NCBI RefSeq assembly: GCF_032191835.1
Contig: NC_083224.1
Span: 66,092,001-66,156,000 of the forward strand
Origin: Heteronotia binoei
Taxonomy: Eukaryota
Reading direction: 5' to 3'
DNA length: 64,000 nt
A program made the translations under genes and the position numbers. The notes under the pieces are model-generated. The model saw only the letters and a list, made by a program, of their open reading frames with translations. It was not told the origin of the DNA and searched no databases. The stretch's first letter is position 1, and each line of letters opens with the position of its first letter. Positions 12,541-23,031 of the stretch are shown here, one piece after another.

Positions 12541-12653
12541 TTCTCTGTGGTCCCGGAGTGGTCGTCCTCACTCTTGGGATCATAGCTCCTCCTCTTCGAT
12601 TGCAGGGCCTAACAAACTTTGACCCGAAGGGGAGGTGCTTGATCCTCAGAAGT
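12541..12653. repeat. DIRS #1 3' ITR (12504-12540 is the 3' extension)
   Basis: Near-identical to the reverse complement of 18183-18297, differing mainly in the outer ~25 bp. Confidence 0.9.
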
Positions 12654-12891
12654 TAGTTCTTCCACCAGCTATCACACCTCCCTAAGTATAACTCCAAACA
12701 AAACAGCAGAAAAAAAACCCTCTAGGGAAATTTAAACACGGTACCCTCCCTCCAGAGCTTATCCTGGGCCCTTTCCTAAGGGGCTCCACAGAGGGACCAA
12801 TTAACGAACTTGGTAACATCCCTAACACATTAATGACCTCCAACTCCAAAGTTCCGCCCAAAGCTGATACCCCCCGACACAACTAGGTGGA

Positions 12892-12999
12892 TAGGACTGG
12901 ACCATTCCGGGACCACAGAGAAGGAAGACTTCATGGTAAGTGAATAGAATCTTCCGTTCTCCAGTGGTCCCAGGAGTGGGCCAGTCCTCACTCTTGGGA
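12892..12999. repeat. DIRS #1 internal complementary region (ICR)
   Basis: Reverse complement of ~12504-12565 fused through TT (12957-12958) to the reverse complement of ~18255-18297. Confidence 0.9.
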
Positions 13000-13030
13000 C
13001 GTAAAAAAGCCTTGTCCCAGGGTGGGCACT

Positions 13031-14177
13031 TCAGCTTTGTCCCGAAACCATGTGTTGGAGTACCTTTCTCCCAAACGCAGCCTCAGCCGAGGCCGCCTTA
13101 TCAATCCTGTAGTGTTTAGTGAAGGAGTGCACTGACTTCCATTGCGCCGCCTTACACACTACCTCCAGAGAAGGAAAAGCCCTATAGGCCGCTGAAGTAG
13201 CTGTCCCTCTAAGGGAATGGGCTGTCACCCCTCTTGGGGGCTCCAACCCTTTCGCCTTGTAAGCCTCATAAATGCATCCCCTAATCCATCTACTAATGGT
13301 AGACGCTGATACTTTCCTTCCGTTATTGGAAACCCTGAAGGAGACAAACAAAGAGTCCGACTGACGAAACCCCTTGGTTCTGTCCAAGTAGAAACTAAGG
13401 GCTCTACGGACATCCAAACAGTGCCACAACTTCTCTTTCCCATGAGTTGGATTAGGGCAGAAGGAAGGAAGCACAATGTCCTCTGCTCTATGGAAGCGCG
13501 AGTTTACCTTTGGAATGAAGGCTGGATCAGTGCGTAGCACAACCTTGTCCTGATGAAAAACGCAGAGATCCCTATGTATGGAAAGAGCCTTAAGCTCTGA
13601 CACCCTATGTGTCGAGGTGATGCCACCTTGCCACTAAGAACGCCACCTTGAATGTCAGCAACTTAAGGCTACACGATGCCATGGGCTCAAAGGGCTTGCC
13701 ACAGAGTGCCTTCAGCACCGTGTTCAGATTCCAAGAGGGGAGCCTATGAACCTGCGGTGGATTAACCAAAGCAACCCCTTTTAGGAACCTTCTGATATGT
13801 GGGTGTTTAGAGATAGACTTGCCCTTCCTTGACCCTCTAACTGCTGCTATAGCTGCTACCTGTCTGCGCAGGGTACTGGTGCTGAGACCTTTTTCAAGCC
13901 CTTCTTGTAGAAAGGATAAGATAAAGGGGACCGAAACCCGTAAAGGGTCTTCCCCCCTCTTCTCACACCAAGCATGAAAAACCTGCCAAGTGATATTATA
14001 GCTTCTATTGGTGGAAGTCTCTCTGGAAGACAACATTGTGTCTATTACAGGAGTAGAATAACCCAGATGGGTCAACTGCTGCCGCTCAATCTCCAAGCAG
14101 TGAGCTGCAGCATTTCTGGTTGCGGATGATGCAGCATGCCCTGAGACAGAAGATCCCCTCTTGGAGGAATCCACCAC
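13031..14177 (-). pseudogene. DIRS #1 tyrosine recombinase (frameshifted near 13604-13630)
   Basis: N-terminal SSRETSTNRSYNITWQVFHAWC. The catalytic RVSEL is separated by small indels. AHSLRG and FTKHY lie in ORF 13031..13603. Confidence 0.9.
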
Positions 14178-15912
14178 GGCTCCAGTATTGACATACTCTG
14201 AAGTTCCTGGAACCAGGCTCTCCTAAGCCAAAAGGGGGCCACCACAATCGCTTCCGCTTTTTGTTCCTGCACCCTCTGCAGAAACCTCCGTATGATCTGG
14301 AATGGAGGAAAGGCGTATAGTAGAGTCTTCGGCCAGTCTGAGTTCAGAGCGTCGATAGCCACCGCTCCTCTGCTTCTTGTCCTTGAGAAATACTGGGACA
14401 CCTTGTGATTGCTGTCTGAGGCAAAAAGATCCACTCCCGGTGTCCCGAATCTTTGGCAAATTTCTCGAAAGGTCTCGTGATGAATTGGCCATTCTGACTG
14501 GTCCAGTGATTGTCGATTCAGCCAGTCCGCTACTACATTGTCCTTTCCTGTCACGTGAGTGGCTTTGATGGATTGAAGATGGACTTCTGCCCATCTGAAC
14601 AACATCTGTGCTTTGTCCTGAAGCTTCCAGTACCTGGTGCCTCCTTGACGATTCACATAGGCCTTTGCCGTCATATTGTCTGTTTGTATCAACACGTGAG
14701 TCCCGACCACCCCTTTTTCATTTGAAGCAAAGCCTGACGTATGGCTCTTAATTCCAGGAGATTTATACTTTCTTTGGCCTCTTGAATGCTCCACTGACCT
14801 TGCGCTACAGCTCCTCTCGTGTGAGCTCCCCAGCCAAAAAGGCTGGCATCTGTGGTCAGCACTACTCTCTTGGGTTCCCGCAGCTCCTGCCCCAAGGAGA
14901 AAAGTTCGGAAGCCTGCCACCACTCGAGGTCTTTTAGCAGCTTGGCTGATAGTGTCAGTGAGATCGAACTCTTGATACTTATCTGCTTCTGGAACGGTAA
15001 AAGGAATTTCTGGAGTGGTCTCGTGTGGAACCGTGCCCACTGAACTACATTCTGGCATGATACCATCATTCCCATCAACTTTGCTAGTAGCATCAGCTTG
15101 ACTCGCTTCTGCTGTTTGACTTCCGTGATCAGCTGTAAGATTTTTGACTGTCTTTCTGGAGTCAGAAAAACCCTGTCCTTGTTGGAGTCGATCTGAACCC
15201 CTAGGTGTATTAGAACCTGGGAAGGTTGTAGCCAACTCTTCTGGACATTTATAACGAACCCGTGCGAACTGAGGGTTCTCATAGTCAACTCGAGGTCTCT
15301 TCTTGTCTGTTCCGCCGACGGGGCCTTGACCAGAATGTCGTCCAGATATGGAAAAAGGGACACCCCCTGTAGTCTCAGGACGGTCACCAGAGTGACTAAG
15401 ACTTTTGTAAACACTCTGGGAGATGACTTTAGACCAAAAGGCAAGGCCCTGTATTGGTAATGACTCCCGTCGTAGGCAAAACGGAGAAACCTGCGATGTT
15501 CCTTGGCGATGGAGATATGAAGGTAGGCTTCCGACAGGTCTATGGATGCCATGAAGTCTGCCCGCTGAATTGCCAGTAGAATGGACTTCAGAGTCTCCAT
15601 CCAAAACTTTTTTGTTACGACCGACTTGTTCACCCACTTCAGATCCAATATCGCCCGAACGTCCCCGTTCTTTTTGGGAACCCCGAAGAAGACTGAATAA
15701 GTGCCTTGAAATTTTTCTATTGTAGGAACCGTTTCGATGGCTCCTATCGCCAGCAAATGGTCTATGGCTAGTAAAAGTGTTCGATGTTTCTCAGGAGATT
15801 GAGATTTTTGTACTTCTAGGAAACTGTGTACTGGAAGCGAATAAAATTCCATAGAGTAACTGTTGGTAACTGTGTCCAAGACCCATTGGTCTGATACCGT
15901 TTGGTGCCACAC
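14072..15912 (-). pseudogene. DIRS #1 RT-RNase H-methyltransferase-like ORF (one frameshift near 14700)
   Basis: IDLSEAYLH, LPFGL, YLDD, TDASLFGWGA, INLLELRA. Continues in the next frame as TDNMTAKAYVNRQGGT...DLFAS...YAFPPF. Confidence 0.92.
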
Positions 15913-16043
15913 ATGGGAGAATCTCTGAAGTCGTCCTCCTATCCGACTTGGAGCTAGAGGACCCTCCCAGTCATGCTGATGTAGGCTTCTTTTGTCCTTT
16001 AACTGGTTGACTTTGTTTCCCCCCGAAGGAAGTCCTGGTGTCT

Positions 16044-17333
16044 CTAGACTTTGACTGCCACTTTGTCCTGAATGGCTTGAAGGAGGTTTGCCTGGAATCT
16101 CTCCGATTTCCTTTGCCTTGACCTGTTATCCCATCTCTTGCAAGGCAGGACTTTTTTCTTGTTCCTGTCCTCAATAAGATATCTATCCAGGCCTTCTCCA
16201 GAGAGTGAAGTCTCTTTAAATGGAACTGCGGCCACTTTAGCCCTGGCTGAAGGATCCGGATCCCAGTTATGCAGCCACGTATTCCTTCTGGCCGTGACGC
16301 TAGAGGCCATGGCTCTGGCTGATAGTTGAACTGCTTCAAGGGTAGAGTCTGAAGCAAAGGCGGTGGCCAACATAATTTTCTTAAGCGAGTCCTTAACGTC
16401 CTTCGGTAGGTCATCCCGCTTAGCCAAGTCAGATAACCACATATATGAAGCCCTACAATAAAGAGATGTGGTGGCCGACACCTTCAAAGAATTAGACGAG
16501 GCTTCAAAATCCCGACGTAAAGCTTGCTCTATACGCTTGTCTGTCAAATCCCTTGGCATCCCATCCGCATCCATTGGGAGCATGGAATTGGAGGCCAGAC
16601 TATTGACCAGTTCATCTACCACTGGTAACTTCAGCCTCTTGGTTGCCTCTGGGATGAATGAAAAGAACTTAGAGAAATTTGATGAAACTGTCTTTGGCTT
16701 GGCTGGATGTTCCCACTCCGACCTGATTATGGAGAAAAAACCAGGGGGCAATGGGACCTGCAAGAGTTTGGAACCCAATTTAGGGATGATATCTTCTATT
16801 GCCAAAGGAAACTTTGACTCTTCCTCCTCTTTGTTTTTGGGAGTGTACTGGATCTGAAGTGTCTTAATCACCTTTGGAAGAAGGCGTGAATATACTACTG
16901 CTGGAAAAAGTTTGGAATGAATAGAGGATGCCCCCTCCTCTTCCTCAGACAGTTCTCCGGTGTCTGGGGACGAAGAGCCTTCAGACAAATCAGAGTCCTC
17001 TTCCTCCTGATCAGATGGAAAGGAATGTAACTCTGACCTGCTACGCTTTAGAGATCTGGGAGAGAAATTTTCCTCTTCCTTATCTGCTTCTATGTGTTTG
17101 AGTTTGCGTGCTCTCTTGAGGGGGATGGTGGTGGTGGTCGCAAAAGCTGCCTGAACCTCTTTTCTGACCAGTTCTTGAATCCAAGAAAAAAGATTAGATT
17201 TAGCCTCATCTACTGAGACATCAGCTTGGTGATCTTCTGCCCCCTCTTCCTGTGCTGGTGAGTCAGCCAACTCCAAGTCACAGGTGCCCTCCTCCATTAT
17301 GGCTCCCTTGGGGAATTTGGTGGAGGCGGCCAT
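16044..17333 (-). CDS. DIRS #1 gag-like ORF1 (429 aa from the ATG at 17333; LAP2alpha-like C-terminal region)
   Basis: Open frame with Kozak-context AAGATGG, acidic/Ser-rich middle, and ARAMASSVTARRNTWL...VPFKETSLSGEGL typical of vertebrate DIRS gag. Confidence 0.8.
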   Translation of the reverse strand: MAASTKFPKGAIMEEGTCDLELADSPAQEEGAEDHQADVSVDEAKSNLFSWIQELVRKEVQAAFATTTTIPLKRARKLKHIEADKEEENFSPRSLKRSRSELHSFPSDQEEEDSDLSEGSSSPDTGELSEEEEGASSIHSKLFPAVVYSRLLPKVIKTLQIQYTPKNKEEEESKFPLAIEDIIPKLGSKLLQVPLPPGFFSIIRSEWEHPAKPKTVSSNFSKFFSFIPEATKRLKLPVVDELVNSLASNSMLPMDADGMPRDLTDKRIEQALRRDFEASSNSLKVSATTSLYCRASYMWLSDLAKRDDLPKDVKDSLKKIMLATAFASDSTLEAVQLSARAMASSVTARRNTWLHNWDPDPSARAKVAAVPFKETSLSGEGLDRYLIEDRNKKKVLPCKRWDNRSRQRKSERFQANLLQAIQDKVAVKV

Positions 17334-18182
17334 CTTAGAGTGAATGGCCCTGTAAACACAAGAAGCACAGACAAAATGATTTCCATTCCCACCAAAAGAA
17401 AACAGCCCCTCCAAACAGATGATGTCCCCTTCCCCCCCCACTAGCATAGCACTAGTCTTAATCCCTTTCCCTTTTTCAAAAATTAACCAATGCCATACCA
17501 AAAAAGGGCCATTCTCCTGAGCCCAGGTATAAAAGGGAAAAAGAGGAGGGGGGGGACGCTGGGCATGCAGCTGAATCCTGAAAGGCTCTCAGCGTCCTGC
17601 CTGCTTATATCTGGAAAAAAGGGGCTTCAGGGCTAGGTCTGTAGACCCCCTCTGGTCCCCAGACAAATCCTCCCTCTTAGGATTCCCCCCATGCATGGCT
17701 TACCGCTGCCGGGAAGACAATCGCGCCGAAGGCTCTGTCGTCGGCGCTCCGGGAGGGCTGCATGTCAAACACGAGTCCTCTCCCTGTTAATCTGTCCCTC
17801 CCTCTCTCTTCTTGTTTTTCTTAGCTGCCGTTCCCTAGACCCCCAGGGTTGCCGGAGTGCCTTTGCTGGGAGCGAGAGAAGAGCGATCGCCTGCCCTCAG
17901 AACGTCCATCGGGCGGGAATCAGAGGAGGGAAGAACGGTGCGTGTGCCTCTGCCTGAGGCTACTGAAGCACTCTGCCAGAACGCGGCAGGGAAAAAATCC
18001 TCCCTCGAAAAACACAGCAGCGCTGTTTTCCTCCCGTGCTGGGAGCTTCCAGGCCACTGAACACAGGTAACCTGATCCTTCTTGCTGTGTGTTGATTTTC
18101 TTCTTTTTTTTTTTTACGGGTCAAGAGCCACAAGGGGGCTCTAGAAGCATATCCTGCTTCGATTGCAGGGCTAAACAAAATT

Positions 18183-18297
18183 GACTTCTGAAGATCAAGC
18201 ACCTCCCCTTCGGGTCAAAGTTTGTTAAGCCCTGCAATCGAAGAGGAGCTATGATCCCAAGAGTGAGGACTGGCCCACTCCTGGGACCACTGGAGAA
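18183..18297. repeat. DIRS #1 5' ITR
   Basis: Inverted copy of 12541-12653. Confidence 0.9.
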
Positions 18298-19468
18298 GGG
18301 AACCCAATAGATGTTGTTTACCTTGACTTCCAGAAAGCTTTTGATAAAGTTCCTCATCAAAAACTCCTCAGTAAGCTCAAGAGTCGTGGAGTAAAAGGAC
18401 AGGTCCTCTTGTGGATCAAAAACTGGCTAATTAATAGGAAGCAGAGAGTGAGTATAAATGGGCAGTCTTTATAGTGGAGGACGGTAAACAGTGGTGTGCC
18501 ACAGGGCTCAGTATTGGGTCCCATGCTCTTTATTTGTTCATTAATGATTTGGAGTTGGGAGTAAGCAGTGAAGTGGTCAAGTTTGCAGATGACACTAAAT
18601 TGTTCAGGGTGGTGAGAACCAGAGAGGATTGAGACACTTCAAAGGGTTCTGTTGAGGTTGAGTGAGTGGGCGTCAATGTGGCAGATGAGGTTTAATGTGG
18701 CTAAGTGTAAAGTAATGCACATTGGGGCCAAGAATCCCAGCTACAAATACAAGTTGATGGGTTGTGATCTGGCAGAGACTGACCAAGAGAGAGATTTTGG
18801 GGTTGTGGTAGATAACTCACTGAAAATATCAAGACAGTGTGTGATTGCAAAAAAAAGGCCAACGCCATGCTGGGAATTATAGGAAAGGAATTGAAAACAA
18901 AACAGCCAGTATCATAATGCCCCTGTATAAATCGATGGTGTGGTTTCATTTAGAATACTGTGTACAATTCTGGTCACCGCACCTCAAAAAGGATATTATA
19001 GCATTGGAAAAAGTGCAGAAAAGGCATACTAGAATGATTAAAGGTTTGGAACACTTTCCCTATGAAGAAAGGTTAAAACGCTTGGGGCTCTTTAGCTTGG
19101 AGAAACGTTGATTGCGGGGTGACATGATAGAGGTTTACAAGATTATGCATGGGATGGAGAAAGTAGAGAAAGAAGTCCTTTTTTCCCATTCTCACAATAC
19201 AAAAACTTGTGGTCATTCAATGAAATTGCTGAGCAGTCAGGTTAAAATGGATAAAAGGAAGTACTTCTTCACCCAAAGGGTTCTTAACATGTGGAATTCA
19301 CTGCCACAGGAGGTGGTGGTGGCCGCTATAAGCATAGTCAGCTTCAAGGGGGGATTGGATAAAAATATGGAGCAGAGGTCCATCAATGGCTATTAGCTAC
19401 AGTGTGTGTGTGTGGGGATTGGATAAAAATATGGAGCAGAGGTCCATCAATGGCTATTAGCTACAGTC

Positions 19469-19519
<51 letters not shown>

Positions 19520-19591
19520 CACTGTGTGACACAGAGTGTTGGACTGGATGGGCCATTGGCCTGATCCAACATGGCTTCTCTTATCTTCTTA
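18298..19591 (+). mobile_element. CR1 LINE, 3' portion (rest of RT and 3' UTR); decayed
   Basis: GNPIDVVYLDFQKAFDKVP, FADDTKLF, LEYCVQFWSP, WNSLP. Ends TTCTCTTATCTTCTTA. Contains a (TG)n(TA)n microsatellite and a ~64-bp tandem duplication. Confidence 0.92.
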
Positions 19592-20044
19592 AGCAATACT
19601 TCTGGAATGAGGCTTGGATACGATACTTTATTTAGGTAATTTATATTTCGCCCTTTCCCAAGCGGGCTCAGGGCGGATTACATCCAAGTAAAACTTTCTT
19701 CGTATGCTCTTGTGTTCCAGAGGTGTTCCTCTGCTGCAGGGGCACATTTCCTCTAAAGCTAGGCACTTCTGACCAAACAAAACCAAGGTCTTTCAAGCAG
19801 ATGAAAAGTGTAAAATGTAGCAGGAATGAGCTCCAAAGTGGACAACTCATTGTGATGAACAACAAGAAACACAAATGGAAAATGGTATAGGATCAGAGCT
19901 CTACCGTGTAAAATTTCACTTTCTTTTGGTTCCCTTTCTGTTAAAGATTAATTATCCAGGGATTTAGCTGAAGTAAATGCCTGGAAAATTTAATCCTATT
20001 ACAGAAAGGGAGCCAACTGCTGACCTGCAGTTCTGATCACTGTA

Positions 20045-20355
20045 TCTGAAAAAAATATATTACAGCATTAGAAAAAGTGCAGAAAAAGGCAACTAAAGGC
20101 AACTAGGGTGATGGAGCACCTTCCCTATGAAGAAAAGTTAAAGAGGTTAGGGTTTTTTTTAGCTTGGAAGAATGAGGATTGAAGGGTAACATGACAGGTT
20201 TACAAAATTGTGCATGGGATAGAGAAGGCAGAGAAAGTAGAACTTTTCTTTTCTCACAAGATCTTGTGGGCAGTCAATGAAATTAGTGAGCAGAAGGCTT
20301 AGAACAGATAAAAGGAAGTACTTAACCCAAAGAGTAATTAATACATGGAATTCTG
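20045..20355 (+). mobile_element. Old CR1 fragment
   Basis: Degenerate match to 18980-19300 (ALEKVQK...YEE.LKRLG...GATAAAAGGAAGTAC). Confidence 0.7.
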
Positions 20356-20559
20356 TAGAAAGCTTTAAATGGGTAAACCATTCTCTCCCCCTCCCATGAC
20401 TCTATAGTCAAAAACACCCCACTTCCTTGGGAGGGTTAATTATTTGGAGTGTGTAGTGCAAAGCCACTACAAGTAAGGAAAATGTCAGCTGCACATAACC
20501 AACCCACCTACTTTAAAAACATATTTGTACACCATATTAACATCATAAAAATAAAACCC

Positions 20560-20565
20560 TTTATT
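20560..20565 (-). terminator. Candidate CTTNBP2NL poly(A) signal (AATAAA)
   Basis: First canonical AATAAA I found on the minus strand downstream of the stop at 23032, followed by U/GU-rich sequence. Implies a ~2.5 kb 3' UTR. An ATTAAA variant lies at 21353-21358. Confidence 0.5.
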
Positions 20566-23031
20566 GATAGTATGAATGTTTAACACATTTAATGCTGCCA
20601 GCTATAAAAAAATGGTAAAAAGACTTCTGCTTCATACATTTCACTTTACAAATATACAAATGTTAATGAATAATTAATACTAGATTATACAGTCTGAACT
20701 TCATTAAAATCCTGTTAGCCAGTGACAAACCTCTCTAGCAACACATGATTCAGAGAAGATAAACATTTTGTTTCCATACACACAAGTCTACAGAAAATTT
20801 AAATACTAAAGCCCTAGAAGTCTTACTGTATTAGCTGGAACTGCTTCAATATTTGTGCTTACTTTATAGACTACTAGCAAAAATACACATCTCCTCTTGC
20901 ATTGTGCCTCCTCACATCCAATGTAGAATACAGTACTCAGTGCATTTCCTAATAAAACTCATTATTGTATATAAAAATCTCTAGAGTTATAGCATAAAGA
21001 AAGGACACAATCTACTGTAAACCAAAGGAAATACTTTAAGGGCTATGATAACATCTGTTTACGGTTAGAAGCAATACTGACCCAGCAATATTGAAATCAT
21101 TCACCCAGATTTCAGCTGTAATCCTTACTAAAAAATCCTATACTGGATAACTGAATTGTGTGTGTGCTTATCTGAGCTGTTCATACAATGATGATCTCTT
21201 TGCATGATTATTTCAGTGAGCAGAACAAAGTTTAGGAAAGAATATAACTATTGGAGTTCCTATGGCAGTGTGCAATTCCATTTACAGATCAAGAATGAAG
21301 AGATCACTGGCTAATCCTTATACAGTGGAGTCTTGAAGCAATCCTACTATATTTTAATTTATCACAAAGGCTCAAGATCTTTTTTATCTAGCATCTCAAA
21401 ATAAAAGTAGCAAATGTCCATCACTATGGAAGATCATCCTCTGCTTTTTGTAGCAAGAACTCTACATATTGACATTATATAAAAACCCTGGTTAATGCCT
21501 GCTAATTATGCAGCCTATTTGGGGAAGGTACTCATGGCCTGGCTACTGATATTCATGTCCTTGACCACATGCGACTGTAACATCTTAAAGCAAAGACTGA
21601 CAGGAGCAGGATACATTACTGGGAGGAAGGGGAGGAGTTGCAGAGAGGGTTGGAGAATATATTTTTAGCCTAAGCTATAAAAAAGTCTCACATTCGCTCA
21701 AAAGACAGGAAGTTTTACTGGAAAGAAACTTCCTTCAGCCCTGTATTCACCCAAAGTTACTAACTACCTAACAGGAAAAATTTCTAAAATTAGGGCAAAT
21801 AAAGATTAAATAGCAACTTTATCATAGAAGTGTATTTCCTCATTTTTGTGAGCTATGAAAAATCTGAATATAATTACAATAAGATTTAAATAAATGTGTT
21901 GTGTACATAACATACATGCCCCCCTCCCATATACACGAGTCTCTTTATATGTAAAGTTAATGATTTGGTTTCTGCAGTTGCAGCCAAGAGGGCAACAGTC
22001 TTCAAGATGCAAACCCAACTTGGCCAGCAAAACCTATGTCAGCTTGACAAAGTATCATCATATGGAACAACTTTTTAAGTTATTGCTTTGGATCATCTAG
22101 TATAGATCCTATCTTACCAATGCAAAACAAAACAAAACTGTATAGAGCTGACTAGCCACTTCTCATTTCAAGTAATAATATGATCTTTATCAAACAAAGA
22201 AAAAGATCCTTCTCTCAGAAGTTCTACATACAACAGTAGAATGCATGAAGAATTTTATACTAGACACAACACTTCAAGATTTCATCTGGTCTATTCAATC
22301 CCTAGAGAGAGAAGTATGTAAGGAATGGATAGTTGGCAGGAAGGACTGGCACCCTGATTGTTTAAAGCTTCAAAAGATTATTTTTTTCTTTAAAAAACAC
22401 TTTATATCATAGGAAAGGATCAGGTTGCATAAAGCTCAGCAAAAGGGCCAAAGTGCACCTGACAATGAAGCACTACATAAAAATGACTTATGTTAATAGT
22501 AGGGAAATAACTGACCAGTCTATTGGTCACACCTTTGGAATAATTCCTTTTCATAGCATAGAAATAAGAAAACTACTTGGAAACGAAAAACAGTGTTGCT
22601 TTAAACATTCATGATTCACAGAGAAACTGTGCTTTCTGCAGTTAGATGATTCCTTCTGGATTTACAGAGAATCACATTCATATCTGTGGGCTTAAGCTCA
22701 GGCACTTCTTTTGGAAAGGTCTGTCTGGAATGGAGGTTTGCACAGAGTGTACTTTCTATGATTTTGAAAATGAGAATTTTCAGAGTTTGCTGGTAAACTC
22801 CCAGCACAGGAATCGCCTTGCCCTCTCATCTGATGCGCCTGCTGCCACGAGACACCTCTTGAGGCTTTAGTGTTAAAGGTTTGTACATCAAAAGCATTAT
22901 TCTCTACATACTATAAAAAACAAACAAAAGAAAACTGTTATACAAATTTGCTATTATCCAAATAAATAACGTGGAGTGGATAAGACAGTGTTAGGAATGG
23001 CAAATCACTTGGAATGTGAAATATCCAGACA

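Larger units (their letters stand above)
12504..18297 (-). mobile_element. DIRS1-type tyrosine-recombinase retrotransposon #1, full length (~5.8 kb), nested in CR1
   Basis: Inverted terminal repeats, ICR joining both ends, and gag, RT (YLDD), RNase H, MTase-like and YR coding regions. The CR1 reading frame resumes on the far side. Confidence 0.95.

Noticed and set aside
17334-17501. Apparent Cys-rich N-terminal extension of DIRS #1 gag (CLEG...FVCASC)
   Set aside because: It coincides with a polypyrimidine tract and acceptor and precedes a Kozak ATG, so it is more likely intronic than a zinc finger. Not fully excluded.
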